Part shown: piece by piece, positions 47,542 to 58,400 of the stretch
Numbering within the stretch: the first letter of the stretch is position 1
How the letters are laid out: each line of letters opens with the position of its first letter
IMG/VR virus record: IMGVR_UViG_3300036851_000283
Coordinates: 1 to 58,751 of that record
Source of the DNA: a virus
Taxonomy: Duplodnaviria > Caudoviricetes
Reading direction: 5' to 3' (one strand)
Length of the DNA: 58,751 bases
Notes under the pieces: generated by a model
What the model was told of the DNA's origin: nothing
What the model saw: the letters and a program-made list of their open reading frames with translations, nothing else
Database searches by the model: none
Made by a program: the position numbers and the translations under genes

Positions 47542-49578
47542 ATGGCAACTTTCGATGCCCACGCCAACCTTGCCCTCGCGACTGTTGCGGTGGCGCCGTC
47601 TCCCGCGCTCTCAGGAACGAGCCTAATTATCACGGCGGGGTTTGCATCTTTGTTTCCAGCAACTCCGTTTAACGCGACCTGCTGGCCTGCCACCGCGAAC
47701 CCCACCGATGCCAACGCTGAAATCGTTCGCGTAACCAGCATTGTCGGCGACATCTTCACCATCGTCCGAGCTCAAGAGGGAACTACCGCCAAAGCCATCG
47801 CCTCGGGTTATCGCATCGGCAACACCGTCACGGCCAAAGTTTTCACCGACATTGAAAACCAGGCGATCTTTTCCATTTCCGCCGGGACGACCAATGCGAC
47901 CGGAAATCAGGTGGTTTTCTCCAACTCGAATGGAGTCTCGTTTGGCGCGAGCAACAACATCATCACGGCAAGTTTTTCAGGTGGTGGTGGAGGCGGGGGA
48001 GGCGCAGCAATCTCTGCCGGTGCAAATTCCCAAATCACAGGCACGGTAGTTTTTTCCAACAGCAACGGCGTTACGTTCGGGCTATCCAACAACGGCGTGA
48101 TGACCGCCTCACATAACGCGATCACCGCCCAAAGCACGCAGCCGGTCGCGGCCTCTGCCTCCAACGGCTCATTCGCTTTTTCGACACTGGGATTCTCCAA
48201 CGCGAACGGCGTCACGTTCGGCACCAGCGCGGGGAGCATCATCACCGCGTCGGTGGGCACCGCAGCGGCGGGAAACTCGGTCAACTTCTCCGCCGGGACG
48301 ACGAGTAACAATCTTGGTTCAATCGTTTTCTCCAACTCGAATGGAGTGACCTTTGGACTGGACGGTAGCACCATCACGGCGCAGCACGACGGATTGACCA
48401 GTCAAAGCAACCAAGCCTTCTCCGCGCAAGGCGGCAGCAGCGCGTTTCAAACGCTTAATTTCGCCAACTCAAACGGCATCACTTTCTCAAACAGTGGCGG
48501 ATCGGTCGTCGCTTCGCACGATGGATTAACCTCGCAAAGTAATCAGGCGGCATCGGCATCCAATGGATCGTTCGCGTTCCAAACCCTTGGATTCAGCAAC
48601 GCCAACAACGTGACGTTTGGAACATCGGCGGGAAGCATCATCACGGCGAGCGTGGCGGCAGCCGGGGCTGGTTCAGTTAATTTCAGCGCAGGGACAACAT
48701 CGAACAATCTCGCCTCGATTGTGTTCTCCAATTCCAATGGAGTCAGCTTCGGATTGAACGGCTCAACGATTACAGCGAGTGCGGCGGGCGGGACGGGGGC
48801 AGCCGCCAGAGTCAGCTACTTTGAACCCTTTACAATGGTTTCAACTGGCAACGCAGATTTTAACAATTCTGTCATTTCGCTGGTCAGATTCAACATCCCC
48901 TTCGAGATGAGCAATGCGTTTGCGCGAGTGCTGGTTTCGGTTTTATCAAACACATCTAACATTGGGAGCAATGCCACCTTTGCGTCGGCCACCGCCGGAT
49001 TGAATCAATCCTATTCCGGCTATCTCTATTCTCAGGGAACTGGCGCAAACTCAACCAATCTTGAGCTAATCACCTCGGCATCGGCATTGTATCGCTTCGA
49101 GAATCAATTAAGCATCACAAACGGTAGTCAATGGACGGCTACGCGGGCCGCAACATGGCAGGTTGGCAATGGCAGTTCATCGGCAAGCGAGAGCTATGCC
49201 GTAAGCTCCAGCGTTTACAATTTAACCGTTACATCTGCATTGATAGCTTCAATCGGTGGCGTCAAGTTTTTTGATTTGCCGTTCGGATCACCCGCAATAA
49301 CTCCCGGACAGTATTGGCTTGGAATGAGCCATTCCAGCGTCGCCACATCTGCGGGCGACGTGTCCGCCCTGATAAATATCAGGCTCAGGGCCAATTCCCT
49401 TAGTTTTGTGAACCAAGCTGACATTCGCACTGTTATGATGGGGAATAACGGAACTGCGAGCGATGCCCATTTTATGGGCGCTGGAAGCGCCACCGCCGAC
49501 GGAGCCACGATTGCCTTAACCAACATCGGAGTGCAGGGAACAAATCGGCGCTTGTATTTCAATCTGATAGGCGAATGA
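47542..49578 (+). CDS. Tail fibre with seven FSNSNG(V/I)(S/T)FG-type repeats
   Basis: N-terminal EIVRVT...IVRAQEGT anchor; S/N/T/G-rich repeats; PGQYWLG C-terminal domain. Confidence 0.8.
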   Translation: MATFDAHANLALATVAVAPSPALSGTSLIITAGFASLFPATPFNATCWPATANPTDANAEIVRVTSIVGDIFTIVRAQEGTTAKAIASGYRIGNTVTAKVFTDIENQAIFSISAGTTNATGNQVVFSNSNGVSFGASNNIITASFSGGGGGGGGAAISAGANSQITGTVVFSNSNGVTFGLSNNGVMTASHNAITAQSTQPVAASASNGSFAFSTLGFSNANGVTFGTSAGSIITASVGTAAAGNSVNFSAGTTSNNLGSIVFSNSNGVTFGLDGSTITAQHDGLTSQSNQAFSAQGGSSAFQTLNFANSNGITFSNSGGSVVASHDGLTSQSNQAASASNGSFAFQTLGFSNANNVTFGTSAGSIITASVAAAGAGSVNFSAGTTSNNLASIVFSNSNGVSFGLNGSTITASAAGGTGAAARVSYFEPFTMVSTGNADFNNSVISLVRFNIPFEMSNAFARVLVSVLSNTSNIGSNATFASATAGLNQSYSGYLYSQGTGANSTNLELITSASALYRFENQLSITNGSQWTATRAATWQVGNGSSSASESYAVSSSVYNLTVTSALIASIGGVKFFDLPFGSPAITPGQYWLGMSHSSVATSAGDVSALINIRLRANSLSFVNQADIRTVMMGNNGTASDAHFMGAGSATADGATIALTNIGVQGTNRRLYFNLIGE

Positions 49579-50300
49579 AACCAAGTATAATACTTCCATA
49601 TTCTCCGGGCCAGCAAAACTCGGACTTGAAGAAGGCCAATGAGAGGCTGACGCAATCGAAGTCGTACCAAAACTTGTCCACTGTGATTGTCACGCCCACA
49701 AGAGGTGGGAGGAGCTTGACGCCGAGATGGGTGAGTGCGATGCAGGGGTTACTACGCCCCATGAACCAGCAGTGTTTTGGTCCAGTGTTTGTCGAGGGAA
49801 TGGAGGTGGGCGCGGCATTTAACAGCGTGATTGAGATGGTACTGGCAAATCCAGTGTTGAGTAAATTTTCCTACCTCGTCACCATCGAGGACGACAACAT
49901 TTGCCCGCCCGACATGCTTCTCAGGCTCTATGAATCCATAGACAAATACGATTCCGTTTCCGGGCTATATTTTACCAAAGGTCCCGAGGGCCAGCCGCAA
50001 ATTTACGGCAACCCCGAAGAATCCCCACTGAACTTCGTGCCTCAAAAAGTTAAAGAAAACACCGTCCAGCGGTGCAACGGAACAGGCATGGGTTGCTCAA
50101 TCTTCCGACTAAATCTGTTCAAAAAGATGTCGCCGCCATGGTTCATTACCCAGCAATCGTGGGACCCTCAATCTGGCTCAAAATGTATGACGCAAGATTT
50201 ACACTTTTTTGAAAAACTGATTCGCGCCGGAGGAAAGGTCGCCGTGGATACCAGAATCAAGGTCGGCCATTTTGATGAAGTCGAGGGGGTCGTTTGGTAG
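49575..50300 (+). CDS. GT2-like glycosyltransferase
   Basis: VTPTRG, TIEDDNI.PPD, GTGMG, QDLHF and DTRIKVGH motifs. Confidence 0.8.
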   Translation: MKPSIILPYSPGQQNSDLKKANERLTQSKSYQNLSTVIVTPTRGGRSLTPRWVSAMQGLLRPMNQQCFGPVFVEGMEVGAAFNSVIEMVLANPVLSKFSYLVTIEDDNICPPDMLLRLYESIDKYDSVSGLYFTKGPEGQPQIYGNPEESPLNFVPQKVKENTVQRCNGTGMGCSIFRLNLFKKMSPPWFITQQSWDPQSGSKCMTQDLHFFEKLIRAGGKVAVDTRIKVGHFDEVEGVVW

Positions 50301-50872
50301 CTCAGAAAATCATGTCAAAGAAACTCAAGAAGGTAAAACCAGAACCAACGCCGCTCCGCCTGAACTTCGGCTGTGGTCAAATCAAGATTGAGGGCTTCAA
50401 GGGCGTTGACCTTTACGCGCCCGAAGCCGACATCAAGTGCGACTTGTTCAAGTTCCCGCTGCCGTGGAAAGACAACGAGGTTGAGGGCATCATGGCCTCA
50501 CACTTTTGCGAACACATTCCGCAAGAGAAACGCTGGCCGTTCTTTGACGAGTGCTGGCGGATTTTGAAGCCCGGAGGGTTGATGCAAATTGTGGTTCCGA
50601 ATTTCAAAAGTGAGCGAGCGTACGGGGACAACACTCATCTTTTTCCGCCTTTCACCGCATTCTCGTTTCCGTATTTGAATCGTTCTTGGCGCGAGGCGAA
50701 CCGGCTCACGCACGGCCCGTACGCGCTCCGTTGCGACTTCGATCACCAGTGCGGGCCTACCGGCATCTCTCCCGATTACGCCAACCGCTCGCACGACGCG
50801 CAGATGTTCGCGCTGCGAAGTTACTGGGAGTCGTACCAAGACATGTGGTGTAATCTGACCAAGAAGGTGTGA
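50294..50872 (+). CDS. Class I SAM-dependent methyltransferase (Methyltransf_11-like)
   Basis: LNFGCG, GVD, SHFCEHI and WRILKPGG...VP motifs. Confidence 0.85.
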   Translation: MVAQKIMSKKLKKVKPEPTPLRLNFGCGQIKIEGFKGVDLYAPEADIKCDLFKFPLPWKDNEVEGIMASHFCEHIPQEKRWPFFDECWRILKPGGLMQIVVPNFKSERAYGDNTHLFPPFTAFSFPYLNRSWREANRLTHGPYALRCDFDHQCGPTGISPDYANRSHDAQMFALRSYWESYQDMWCNLTKKV

Positions 50873-50876
50873 AGAT

Positions 50877-51092
50877 ATGGATAAAGAAATTTTCACCGGA
50901 GAACAAAAAGTAATTGAGAGATATGGCGACTTGATTCCATGCGGTCAATGCGGCGCAGTGAGGGTGGATGAAAAAGGAAACTTCGCTGGCCTGGTTGAAG
51001 ATTTCGGAGGGACGTTGTTTGAGGAAACCGTGAAGTATGTCGGCGAAGATGGTAAGATAAAACTCGGTAAAGACTGGACGACCGGGGAATGA
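50877..51092 (+). CDS. Small hypothetical protein
   Basis: 71 aa with CxxC. Confidence 0.55.
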   Translation: MDKEIFTGEQKVIERYGDLIPCGQCGAVRVDEKGNFAGLVEDFGGTLFEETVKYVGEDGKIKLGKDWTTGE

Positions 51093-51096
51093 AATT

Positions 51097-52899
51097 ATGT
51101 TCGGCGAATTTGAATTTGGCGCGGGGTTGTTTGGCGACGGCGCGGCAACGCCGGTTCCGCCGACTCCCACCCCGGCCACTTTTCAACGCCTCAAGGTCGA
51201 ATGCAAAACCCTGACTTGCACGGGCGAAACTGACACGTCGCTTTACTCCATTCAAGACCCGATCCCCAGTCGCATTGTCGCGGCGGCGACGTGTGCGGAG
51301 AATGATTGCGCCGGGATCGTGCCCGATGCCGAATCGTTCTCGCTCCAAGACGCGCTGCACTTCAACGGCACTCCGGTAACGGCGGTTGTCACCTGTCCTC
51401 CGGGCGCGAATTGCACGCCGGGAAGTTTTCCGCCGACAATTACCTATCCTCCGGGGACGTTCGTATTTCCTGATGTGCCGGTTATTCCCGGCCAGCCGAT
51501 CAACCTGAGTTTGCAGGGGTGTCAATCCTTGGTAAGCCGCGTTCTCCCGGCAGGCGCAACCCCGGCGCAGATTCAGGCGGCGGTAAACGCCATCATTGCC
51601 GAGGTCGCGGCACAGCAGGCGCAATGCGATTCATTCCCTGAATTTCCATTCGGGACTGAAATCGTGCTGGGAGATTTTTCAACTTACGCCTGCCTTAATT
51701 CCGAATTCGGCGACACGATAGCGGCCTTCGTCAGTCCGGGCACGAGCTACCCAGTCACGTTCGGAATCATCGGCGGTTCGCTTCCGACAGGGATCACCAT
51801 GATTGCCAACGTCGGAACGCTCGCGTCGTTCACGGGCACGCCAACCGTTGCCGGAAGCTACACGTTCACCCTGCGCGGTACCACGGCGGACGGCGTTAGC
51901 GCAACGCGGGCATATACCTTGAACGTGGTAGGTATTACTACGGGTGCGACACTGCCAGACGCCACAACCGGCGAATCCTACTCCGTGACGCTGGCGGCTA
52001 CAGGAATGACCGGGGCATTGCTTTGGGGCATTGCCTCGGGACCGTTGCCGCCCGGACTCACGCTGAATACCGCGACGGGAGAAATCAGTGGCGCGCCGAC
52101 AACCGAGGATGCTTTCTCGTTTGCGATATTCGTTCAAAACAATGATCAAGTTTGCGCGAAGGTTTTCACGTTGGACGTGGGGACGTGCTTGATTACCACG
52201 GCGTCGCCGCTGCCGGAGGCAACCAAGGACGCTCCCTATTCAACCACGCTTGCCGCGACCGACATCACGGGCACATTGACGTGGAGCATTATTGCCGGAG
52301 CGTTGCCGACGGGCTTGACGATCAATTCGTCAACCGGCGAAATAAGCGGCACGCCTACGGTTGAAGAAACTGCGAACTTCACCGCACAAGTTGAAAATGG
52401 AAACGGCAACATTTGCGAGAAAGAGTTCAGCTTGGAGGTCGCATCGGCAGCGGTTTGTCCCGATTGGAATCTGATTCCATGGGACAACCACTTTGTCGCA
52501 ACAGCAGGAGGGGGAACGGCCTCATTTTCTCCAAACAATGTTCCGTCGGATAGTTTTGCCGCAGCGATCTCAGCATTGGGAGCGGGAGATCAAGCCGCAG
52601 CTCAAAATTCCGGTCAATTCATTTACAACGGCGGGGGATGTAATTGCAGTGTCCATATCGAAGTGTCCAATTTCGTCAATGGCGCCGGACCCTTTGCGGC
52701 CTTCATTTTAATCACAACAACCCTTCCTGTTTTTACGGTTTTGATAAATGAGACGTTCGGGGTTAATGGAAGCTTTGATTACCCATTCGCTGTTCCAGAC
52801 ACGGTGGGCGCCAATGCGACGATTGAAGTCTTTGTCCAACTGGATAGCACCGGCGACCCGCAATCCGTAACCGTTGCCGGACAGATCACCAACGTATGA
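51097..52899 (+). CDS. Virion protein with three Ig-like (He_PIG) domains
   Basis: Three G.LP.G.T.....G..SG.PT repeats; Cys-rich N-terminal part; FG.F.FG start. Confidence 0.85.
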   Translation: MFGEFEFGAGLFGDGAATPVPPTPTPATFQRLKVECKTLTCTGETDTSLYSIQDPIPSRIVAAATCAENDCAGIVPDAESFSLQDALHFNGTPVTAVVTCPPGANCTPGSFPPTITYPPGTFVFPDVPVIPGQPINLSLQGCQSLVSRVLPAGATPAQIQAAVNAIIAEVAAQQAQCDSFPEFPFGTEIVLGDFSTYACLNSEFGDTIAAFVSPGTSYPVTFGIIGGSLPTGITMIANVGTLASFTGTPTVAGSYTFTLRGTTADGVSATRAYTLNVVGITTGATLPDATTGESYSVTLAATGMTGALLWGIASGPLPPGLTLNTATGEISGAPTTEDAFSFAIFVQNNDQVCAKVFTLDVGTCLITTASPLPEATKDAPYSTTLAATDITGTLTWSIIAGALPTGLTINSSTGEISGTPTVEETANFTAQVENGNGNICEKEFSLEVASAAVCPDWNLIPWDNHFVATAGGGTASFSPNNVPSDSFAAAISALGAGDQAAAQNSGQFIYNGGGCNCSVHIEVSNFVNGAGPFAAFILITTTLPVFTVLINETFGVNGSFDYPFAVPDTVGANATIEVFVQLDSTGDPQSVTVAGQITNV

Positions 52900-52942
52900 G
52901 CCCCATTGCCACCGCAAAGGAAAAGGAGTATAGCAGATAGCA

Positions 52943-54007
52943 ATGGCTTACACGCTCCAATTGATAAATGCCCGCAACGACATCGGCATCCGAAATATCG
53001 CGGGAGTTTGCAACAATGGAGAGCAGTTCGCCGACTACGTGAACCGGGCGACCCGGAGGCTGATGAAAAGGGGCGCATGGTTTGGGACGGAATGCTTGAT
53101 GCGACTTTGCACAACCGGCTGCGACGTGGTTTTCCCCCGCCATGTTGGAACGGTTCTTGGCCTCCGAATGTGCAAGGCTGGTCAGGTTGAAATCCGAAAT
53201 AATTGGTGGGCGATCCTGTCTCCCGGTTGCGGTGGCTGGGTCAACAGTCTTTATCCCGGCTACGGTTCAGGGTGGGGCTATGGAGGAATTTATGGCGGAG
53301 GTTTCTATGGGGGAGTACCAAATTCAACGGATACCAACACCGTTCCGATCTTCAATCAGGTTTCGGGCAACACTGGGAAACTCATCCGATACCACGTTGT
53401 AAAACAACAAGACTACGGCAAAACCATCACGATTTACGGCAAGCAATACGGGGGTCAGCCGCTCCAGACAGAGGTTGATGGCGCATGGGTGAATGGCGTC
53501 ACCATCACTGCGGCAAATCCCGTGGCGCAGACAACCATTCTAGTCACCAAGATTGATTCGGTCGTTCGCGAGGCCACGCAAGGCATGGCCTACCTTTACG
53601 AATACGACCCCGCCACGACGAAACTCCGCATGTTGGCCGTTTATGAGCCTAGCGAAACCAATCCGAGCTATCGGCACATGCTGATTCCGGCGATGAAGTA
53701 CGGAGCGGGTTGCTTCACCGACGAAAACGATCAAACGACCTACCAATTTGAAGCCCTCGTAAAACTCCAATATATTCCAGTCGTCAGCGACAACGACTTT
53801 CTGCTGTTGGACAATCTAGACGCGCTGGCTCTGGCGATTCAGGCCCTCAAGGCAGAGGAAGCCAACGACGACTCGCTTGCCGAAATCAAATGGACGAAGG
53901 CGATTGAGGATTTGAATTTTGAACTGCGGGACAAAACACCGGATAATCAGTTCAGCGTGAAAGTGCGCGTGATGGGCAGTGACAGAATCGTGAGCAACAT
54001 CGTCTAA
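52943..54007 (+). CDS. Head-tail adaptor (tail tubular A-like)
   Basis: YVNRATRRL...W.GT N-terminus and helical C-terminus; precedes the ejection genes. Confidence 0.6.
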   Translation: MAYTLQLINARNDIGIRNIAGVCNNGEQFADYVNRATRRLMKRGAWFGTECLMRLCTTGCDVVFPRHVGTVLGLRMCKAGQVEIRNNWWAILSPGCGGWVNSLYPGYGSGWGYGGIYGGGFYGGVPNSTDTNTVPIFNQVSGNTGKLIRYHVVKQQDYGKTITIYGKQYGGQPLQTEVDGAWVNGVTITAANPVAQTTILVTKIDSVVREATQGMAYLYEYDPATTKLRMLAVYEPSETNPSYRHMLIPAMKYGAGCFTDENDQTTYQFEALVKLQYIPVVSDNDFLLLDNLDALALAIQALKAEEANDDSLAEIKWTKAIEDLNFELRDKTPDNQFSVKVRVMGSDRIVSNIV

Positions 54008-54011
54008 ATTT

Positions 54012-54566
54012 ATGGCAGTCCAATATCCTCAATTTCCACTGGCGCGACCGCAGGCGGCAACCCCGCAGATGTCCTCGATAATAAATAATGCAATCCCCAA
54101 CTTTTCGCGACTGAACCAGAATGCCAGCGGCATTATTGAGAATCTCATGGGGGGTATGCCCAGCACAGGACCGGCGCGAAACAAGGGCGCTTACTTTGGC
54201 GCAACATCAGGAATGCCGAACAGCGGCGTGTCAAATGCGCTTGGTTATGATTTGTACCGTCAGGACTCCGACGAATATCAGCAGCGCGGCTTGGACAACT
54301 TCTTGAAGCTCATTCAGGGCTACAGCGGGACGGTGATGCCCACCACTGGCCAGCAGAATCAGGCCAGCCAATACCAGGAAGATTTTAATGAGCAGCGGCG
54401 CCAATTCGATTTGTCGCGACAGGATGCTCAGGCTCGGCTTGCTGCTGCTAATCGTCCTAGGATTCCGGGCGGAACATACCGAATTACGGGCGCTGGTGGA
54501 GGGGGAGGCGCATTTGGGTTGAATAATTTACCAACTTGGAACCCAGCTTGGAATAGCCGTTTTTAA
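54012..54566 (+). CDS. Ejection/internal virion protein (putative)
   Basis: Q/N/G-rich; positional. Confidence 0.55.
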   Translation: MAVQYPQFPLARPQAATPQMSSIINNAIPNFSRLNQNASGIIENLMGGMPSTGPARNKGAYFGATSGMPNSGVSNALGYDLYRQDSDEYQQRGLDNFLKLIQGYSGTVMPTTGQQNQASQYQEDFNEQRRQFDLSRQDAQARLAAANRPRIPGGTYRITGAGGGGGAFGLNNLPTWNPAWNSRF

Positions 54567-54569
54567 TTT

Positions 54570-55421
54570 ATGGCCGACCGATATTCACCAAACCGCCGCC
54601 GCCAGCCGCTCTCCGAAAGAGAGAGCGACATTCTGGAGCAGGAGATTGGCCGCTCACTCGCCGAAATTGATGCGCGGACGGGAAGGGCGGTGCAATACGC
54701 GCCGCTTTCCGAGCAGGACATTGCTTCGGGAATTATCTCCCGCGAAGCTCCGCGTCGTGGGGCCGCTTCGATTTCCGAGATGATTGAAAGTCCGACCGCT
54801 TTGGAGCCGCGCTTTATTCCAGGGGCAAGAGTCGAGCGTCCCGACGATCCCCGCCTTTTGGAACAAGAATTACTCGACCCAGTTTTGTCCGCGTTTGGGA
54901 TGGATGGGGTGAGCAGTGGGAGGCCGTCATCCACACCGAGGCAGCCAGCCCCAAAAACATACAAATTCAACACTGCTGATGGCGGTCAAAAGGTCGTCAT
55001 GTTCGACCCAATAACCGGCGAAGGGCGGGAGATTCATTCCGAGGCGGGAAGGACCACGACTCCAAGAATGACGGAGGAAAAGCGTTCCGCGATTCGCGTT
55101 GCTGAAAAAGAACTGGCGGATGCCCGCGCAGCGGTGGACAAGATTCCGAACGACAAAAAAAACCTGGACGCTCGCGCAGAGGCGTTGCAGCGATGGAGAA
55201 AGGCCCAATTGCGCCACATGGCTTTGATTGAGGCGGGAGAACCGGAAAGGGTCGCCCCTCCCGAGGACTTGCTTGCCGAGCCAGCGATTCCGATTCAGCC
55301 GCAGGGATTCATTGGGGGCATGGATGCCAATCGTAATCCGATTGCCTCAACCAACAGGTTTCAACTTCCGCCCAAGCGCGGCACCAAGCGAATTGGGCGT
55401 TTTGACGTGACAACGCAATAA
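54570..55421 (+). CDS. Ejection/internal virion protein (putative)
   Basis: Positional; low complexity. Confidence 0.5.
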   Translation: MADRYSPNRRRQPLSERESDILEQEIGRSLAEIDARTGRAVQYAPLSEQDIASGIISREAPRRGAASISEMIESPTALEPRFIPGARVERPDDPRLLEQELLDPVLSAFGMDGVSSGRPSSTPRQPAPKTYKFNTADGGQKVVMFDPITGEGREIHSEAGRTTTPRMTEEKRSAIRVAEKELADARAAVDKIPNDKKNLDARAEALQRWRKAQLRHMALIEAGEPERVAPPEDLLAEPAIPIQPQGFIGGMDANRNPIASTNRFQLPPKRGTKRIGRFDVTTQ

Positions 55422-55424
55422 ACG

Positions 55425-55442
55425 TTGATATAAAGGTGTCAA
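55425..55442. promoter_or_regulatory. Palindrome TTGATA-taaagg-TGTCAA
   Basis: One mismatch; fills most of the 24-bp gap before the giant ORF. Confidence 0.65.
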
Positions 55443-55445
55443 TAG

Positions 55446-58400
55446 ATGCCGACATTCGCCGTTACCGATGAACGCACTGGCCGAAAGTTCCAACTCGAAG
55501 GCGACAGCGAGCCGGATGAGCAGGAGCTAGAGGAGATTTTTGCCTCGCAGGAACAGCAAGCCCCCGCCGCGCCCCCTGATTTACTGAGCGAATTTTCCAA
55601 TGCCACGCTCGACCCCGGCTATTTTCCGGGATTGGAGCGGGATCGTAAGGTTGCAGAAATGCGACGGGATTTGAACCTTGAGCCAGTTCCGATTGATCCC
55701 GTAAGCGTCCTTCGCCGGGGAGTGGCAGACCCGGCAATCAGTCTGGCCAAAGGAGTAATTGGACTCCCCGAAGCCGCAGTAGGACTTTTGGACATTCCCA
55801 CTCTTGGCGGCGCCGGTAAACTGCTTGAGGCGGGCGGCTACGGATTCCAGCCCAAGGTTGCGAAAGAATTCCTGTCTGAGTTTTACAGCCCGGAACAGAA
55901 GGAGGCAAACCGCGCCGTTGAAGAAGCCAAAGGTTTTGGCGGAACGATTGTCAAAGCACTTCAAAACCCTTCCACGATTGCCAACACAGCGATTGAATCA
56001 GTCCCGTTGATGCTTGGTGGCGGTGCCGTAGCCAAGCAGCTTTTAACCAAAGCGCCCAAACTTGGCGTGTTGGCGGCAGCCGCAATCGGCGAAGGCGCGG
56101 CTGGGGCTGGCGCTGCCGCAGAAAGCACCAGGCAGCAAACGGATTCGGGACTTCTTACTCCACAGCAGGCGGCACTCTCACTTAGCAGCGGGGCAGTCAC
56201 GGGGGCGTTGGGTGTCCTTGGTGGCCGCGTGGCGCAAAAGCTGGGAATCGCCGACATTGATACACTGATGGCTGGAGCCACCACTCCAACGGCAAAAAAG
56301 GCACTGGCTGAGAGAGTGGTTCAAGGATTCGTCTCCGAAGGACTGCTGGAGGAGCTTCCGCAATCTGCGCTTGAGCAAATCCAAGGCAACCTCGCCAATG
56401 GCAGGCCGTGGAGTGAAGGCGTGGAGAAAGCGGCAGCGCAAGGACTGTTGACGGGTGGCGTTATGGGTGGTGGAGCAAACATCAGGGGGGCGACTCCAGC
56501 GGCAGCGCCAGTCATTCAGGATACCGGCGTCAACCCCGCACTCAGCGCCGCCGCAGCGGAATTCAATCGCAGGGGCGTTGGGATTGCGGGATTGCCGGAG
56601 ACGCAGCCAATTCAGGAATTTGACGAGACTGGGAGCGGTTTAACTGCGGCTCCGCCGCTGGTGGAAGAAGCCCAACCCATAGCGGACGCTCCGGTGTCGC
56701 TCAAGCTTCCTGGAGAAACAGCCGCCGATGAATTGATGGCGATGCCGACCGAGCAAGCCAACAAGTTCTTTGACGACATTCGCGCTGCCGGCAACGCGAC
56801 TCAGAATGATGCCGTGCTCCATGGCATGAAGCTCACAGAGCAGGATGTTCCTCGCCTTCAAGAGATGGAGAGGCAGGCTAGATCAGATGCACAAGCGGCG
56901 GTTAAAGCAAATGACAGCCCTGGCTACAAATCAGCTTTCGGAAAAATGGTATGGCTTAATGGAGCGATTGAGGGGGCGAACAAGAAAGGCCCGAACTTCG
57001 ACACCGTGACGCAGAGGCTCGCAAAAGAGTCAGCCCCAAAGCCACTAACGGGAGAAGAAATCGGAGAAATGCTTGGCTCGGAATTTCGCGGTGAAGCAGG
57101 CAAAGGCGGAACGCTTTTGCAATTTGAGGCCAAGAAGCCAGACGGAACCGCCTCAACCAGCTTCTCGGTCAAGAAGGGTGCAACCGCAGACGAAGTGAGG
57201 GCGAAATATCAGGAAGTGATGGATCGTTACAAAGACGATCCAGAGAACGCTCCAAGGCCGCTACCTCAAGAGGCTGAACCCGAGATGGAATTCACCGCAC
57301 TCGACCCCGCGACAGGATCGCCGATTTCGTCCATTCAGCCGTTGCTGGAAAAGGCCGATGCGAGAAAGGCGAAGATTGATGAACAGCGGGCGACGGCCCA
57401 ACCCGCGCCTACTGGGGTTGGCCCTGGAATGGGTGGCGCCTTATACGGCGAGACTGCGCCCGCTGGCACGACCCTCAAAAACGCATCTGGCGAACTAGAG
57501 CGCATTACGTCCGGGCTGCCAGAAGCCTTCGAGACGCAAAAGCGGGCGATGCTTCCGGTCTGGATTCAGTCTGGAGAGTTGATGGCGAAAGACCCCCAAT
57601 CAGGAGCAAAGCTGGCGGCAGAATTGAAGATCAATCCCGAGCGGGGAATGACCGACCTCGACTCTGCTCTATTACTGCGTCACAAGGTCGCGCTAGAGAA
57701 TGCCAAAAACCAAGCGGCGGAAGATACGAATACCGCCAAGACTCCCGAGGCCAAGCTGGAGGCGCAAAATCGCTTCGACGCAATCTCCAACGAGATGCTG
57801 GATTTACTGGACGCCGCCAAGTTCCGGGGCGCTCAGTGGGGGCGGGAAGGACGCTGGCGGCAGGCCATCGCCTTTGAGGATTTCAGTCTGGAGACAATGC
57901 GCCGGGACGCCCGCCTAAAGGCTGACCGCCCATTGACTCCCGAAGAAGAAGCGGACATCAAGCGCCGACACAAAGACATCACCGATAAACAAAAAAGGGT
58001 TGATGAAGCGACGGCCAAGGCTGAGAAAGACGAGCGGGAGGCGGGACAGAAAGACGCCGTTGACGAAGCGGTAAAAACCGGAAAGGCGCGCAAGGCAAAA
58101 GACAAGGCGGCGGGAATCGTTCGCGACATGGAGGCCGAACAGAGGGAAGCGATAAACTTCCTCAAGGATCACTTCATCGAAAACGGCGAGCTTATCGGAG
58201 GCGAGCGATCCATCCGAAAACTGATGGAGTTAATTGTTGAGCGCGAAGGCATCACCGAACGACTTCCGCTGGAAACGCGGGTGCATGAGATTTTAATTGG
58301 AGTTGATCCGACACTGACCCGCGAGGCCACGCTGGATTTAATGAGTGGCTACGGAAAATCGAAACTACCATCCCAAGAGCCATCCAAGAAGGTTGTCCGG

